Shown here piece after piece: positions 63,050 through 64,000 of a stretch of 64,000 nt of DNA. Source of the stretch: Phoronis australis (lineage: Eukaryota > Animalia > Phoronida). The stretch spans positions 434,707 to 498,706 of the forward strand of contig NMRA01000118.1 in NCBI GenBank assembly GCA_002633005.1, given 5' to 3'. The number at the start of each line of letters is the position of its first letter. The stretch's first letter is position 1. The translations under genes were made by a program, and so were the position numbers. A model generated the notes under the pieces. The model saw nothing but the letters and a program-made list of their open reading frames with translations. It did not search any database and was not told where the DNA came from.

Positions 63050-63866
63050 TGCCTACGCCCATCCCAGCGCCAGCGTAAAGCTCGACAGAGTTAACCGGCC
63101 ATCCATCACCACCGACACGAGTTCGGCGGACTGGCAGTATTTCCTGACGCGATGGGATGAGTATGTAGAGGCCACTGGCATCACAGGGAAAGCCAAAACC
63201 ATCCAACTCCTGGAATGCTGTGACAAGAGACTAAGAAAAGACCTCACACTCAACTCTGTCGACCCCCTGCATCACTGGACATTAAGGCGATCCTGGCTTC
63301 CATGGAGAAATTGGATGTGCGCGCAGAGGCACCGATGGTAGGCCGAGCTCATTTTGATACACCGACCCAAGACCACGACGAGCCAGCCCGCGCTTTTTGC
63401 GCCCGCGTGCGAGGCCAATACTCCTTGCTCTGTCCATCATGCAACCACCCCGTTGACTACACTGACTCGGTGATAACGATGTGGTGAGCCAAGTCCTCGC
63501 AGACAAGGACATCCAGCTCGACCTGTTGGGGGACACCAACCAGTCACCATCCCTAGAAGAGGTCCTCTTATTTGTCGAGAAGAAGGAAACGGGCAAACGC
63601 GCTGCCACACGCCTCGCCGAGCCCACCCACGTCCACGTGGTTAAGAACTCATACCACAAAAACCGGGACGTACGCTCGAAACCCCACGACAACATTTTAC
63701 CGGATCCGCGTCCTGACATAAACGACACATGCACATACTGCGGCCAGACTGGCCACGGCGGAAAAGCACCGACCGAAGACACGCCGTACTTTTTGTCCAG
63801 CCTTCGGCCACACTTGCGAGAGGTGCAGCACCAAGAACCACTTTCCAGCTGTGTGTCGCGGCGGAC
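63050..63866 (+). mobile_element. Gypsy-like gag relic
   Basis: RPSI...DWQYFLTRWDEYVEAT...QLLECCD..LRKDL, then QDHDEPARAFCARVRGQ, then LADKDIQLDLLG...FVEKKE and zinc knuckle CTYCGQTGH. Frameshifted. Confidence 0.85.
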
Positions 63867-64000
63867 TGTTGTAATCACACGTCACTTATCAGCGACCTAG
63901 TATTTACCCCCTGTCTCTGTTCCTTCTAGTTACGATCATTTGTATTTTGTTGTGCTCAATAAACAGTGAAGAAATACTTGCTTGTTATTTTTTAAAGGCC
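63867..64000 (+). mobile_element. Possible start of an LTR
   Basis: TGTTGTAAT start immediately after the truncated gag, with AATAAA at ~63958. The end lies outside the window. Confidence 0.4.

Overview
Eukaryotic, repeat-rich genomic DNA, most likely from a bilaterian marine invertebrate (spliceosomal introns, CTCF-like motifs, frequent TACATGTA, diverse DNA transposons). It comes from a draft assembly with N joins at 7495, 30535, 34069, 47740-47743 and 49887. The main content is a >42 kb minus-strand immunoglobulin-superfamily cell-surface gene (nephrin/echinoid-like). I reconstructed it by hand as 16 GT-AG exons (58784 to 16932) that splice in frame without stops. The domain order is six Ig domains, FN3, a Cys-rich FN3-like domain, IgV, IgC2, TM and a cytoplasmic tail; the 5' end is not in the window. 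Several exons are absent from the ORF track or shown in another frame (53094-53274, 52493-52630, 43367-43450, 27051-27143). The most unusual feature is that the IgV+IgC2 exon pair, which looks like the N-terminal domain pair of this family and has a candidate signal-peptide exon upstream, sits after the FN3 domains and just before the only TM exon. This suggests two ectodomains sharing one TM/cytoplasmic exon, a novel domain order, or scrambled exons. The introns and flanks are filled with mobile DNA: solo LTRs with TSDs, 5-bp-TSD MITEs carrying a tRNA-like head, a Kolobok-type element with a THAP ORF, a decayed hAT, LINE, Penelope-like and Gypsy fragments, and foldback elements.
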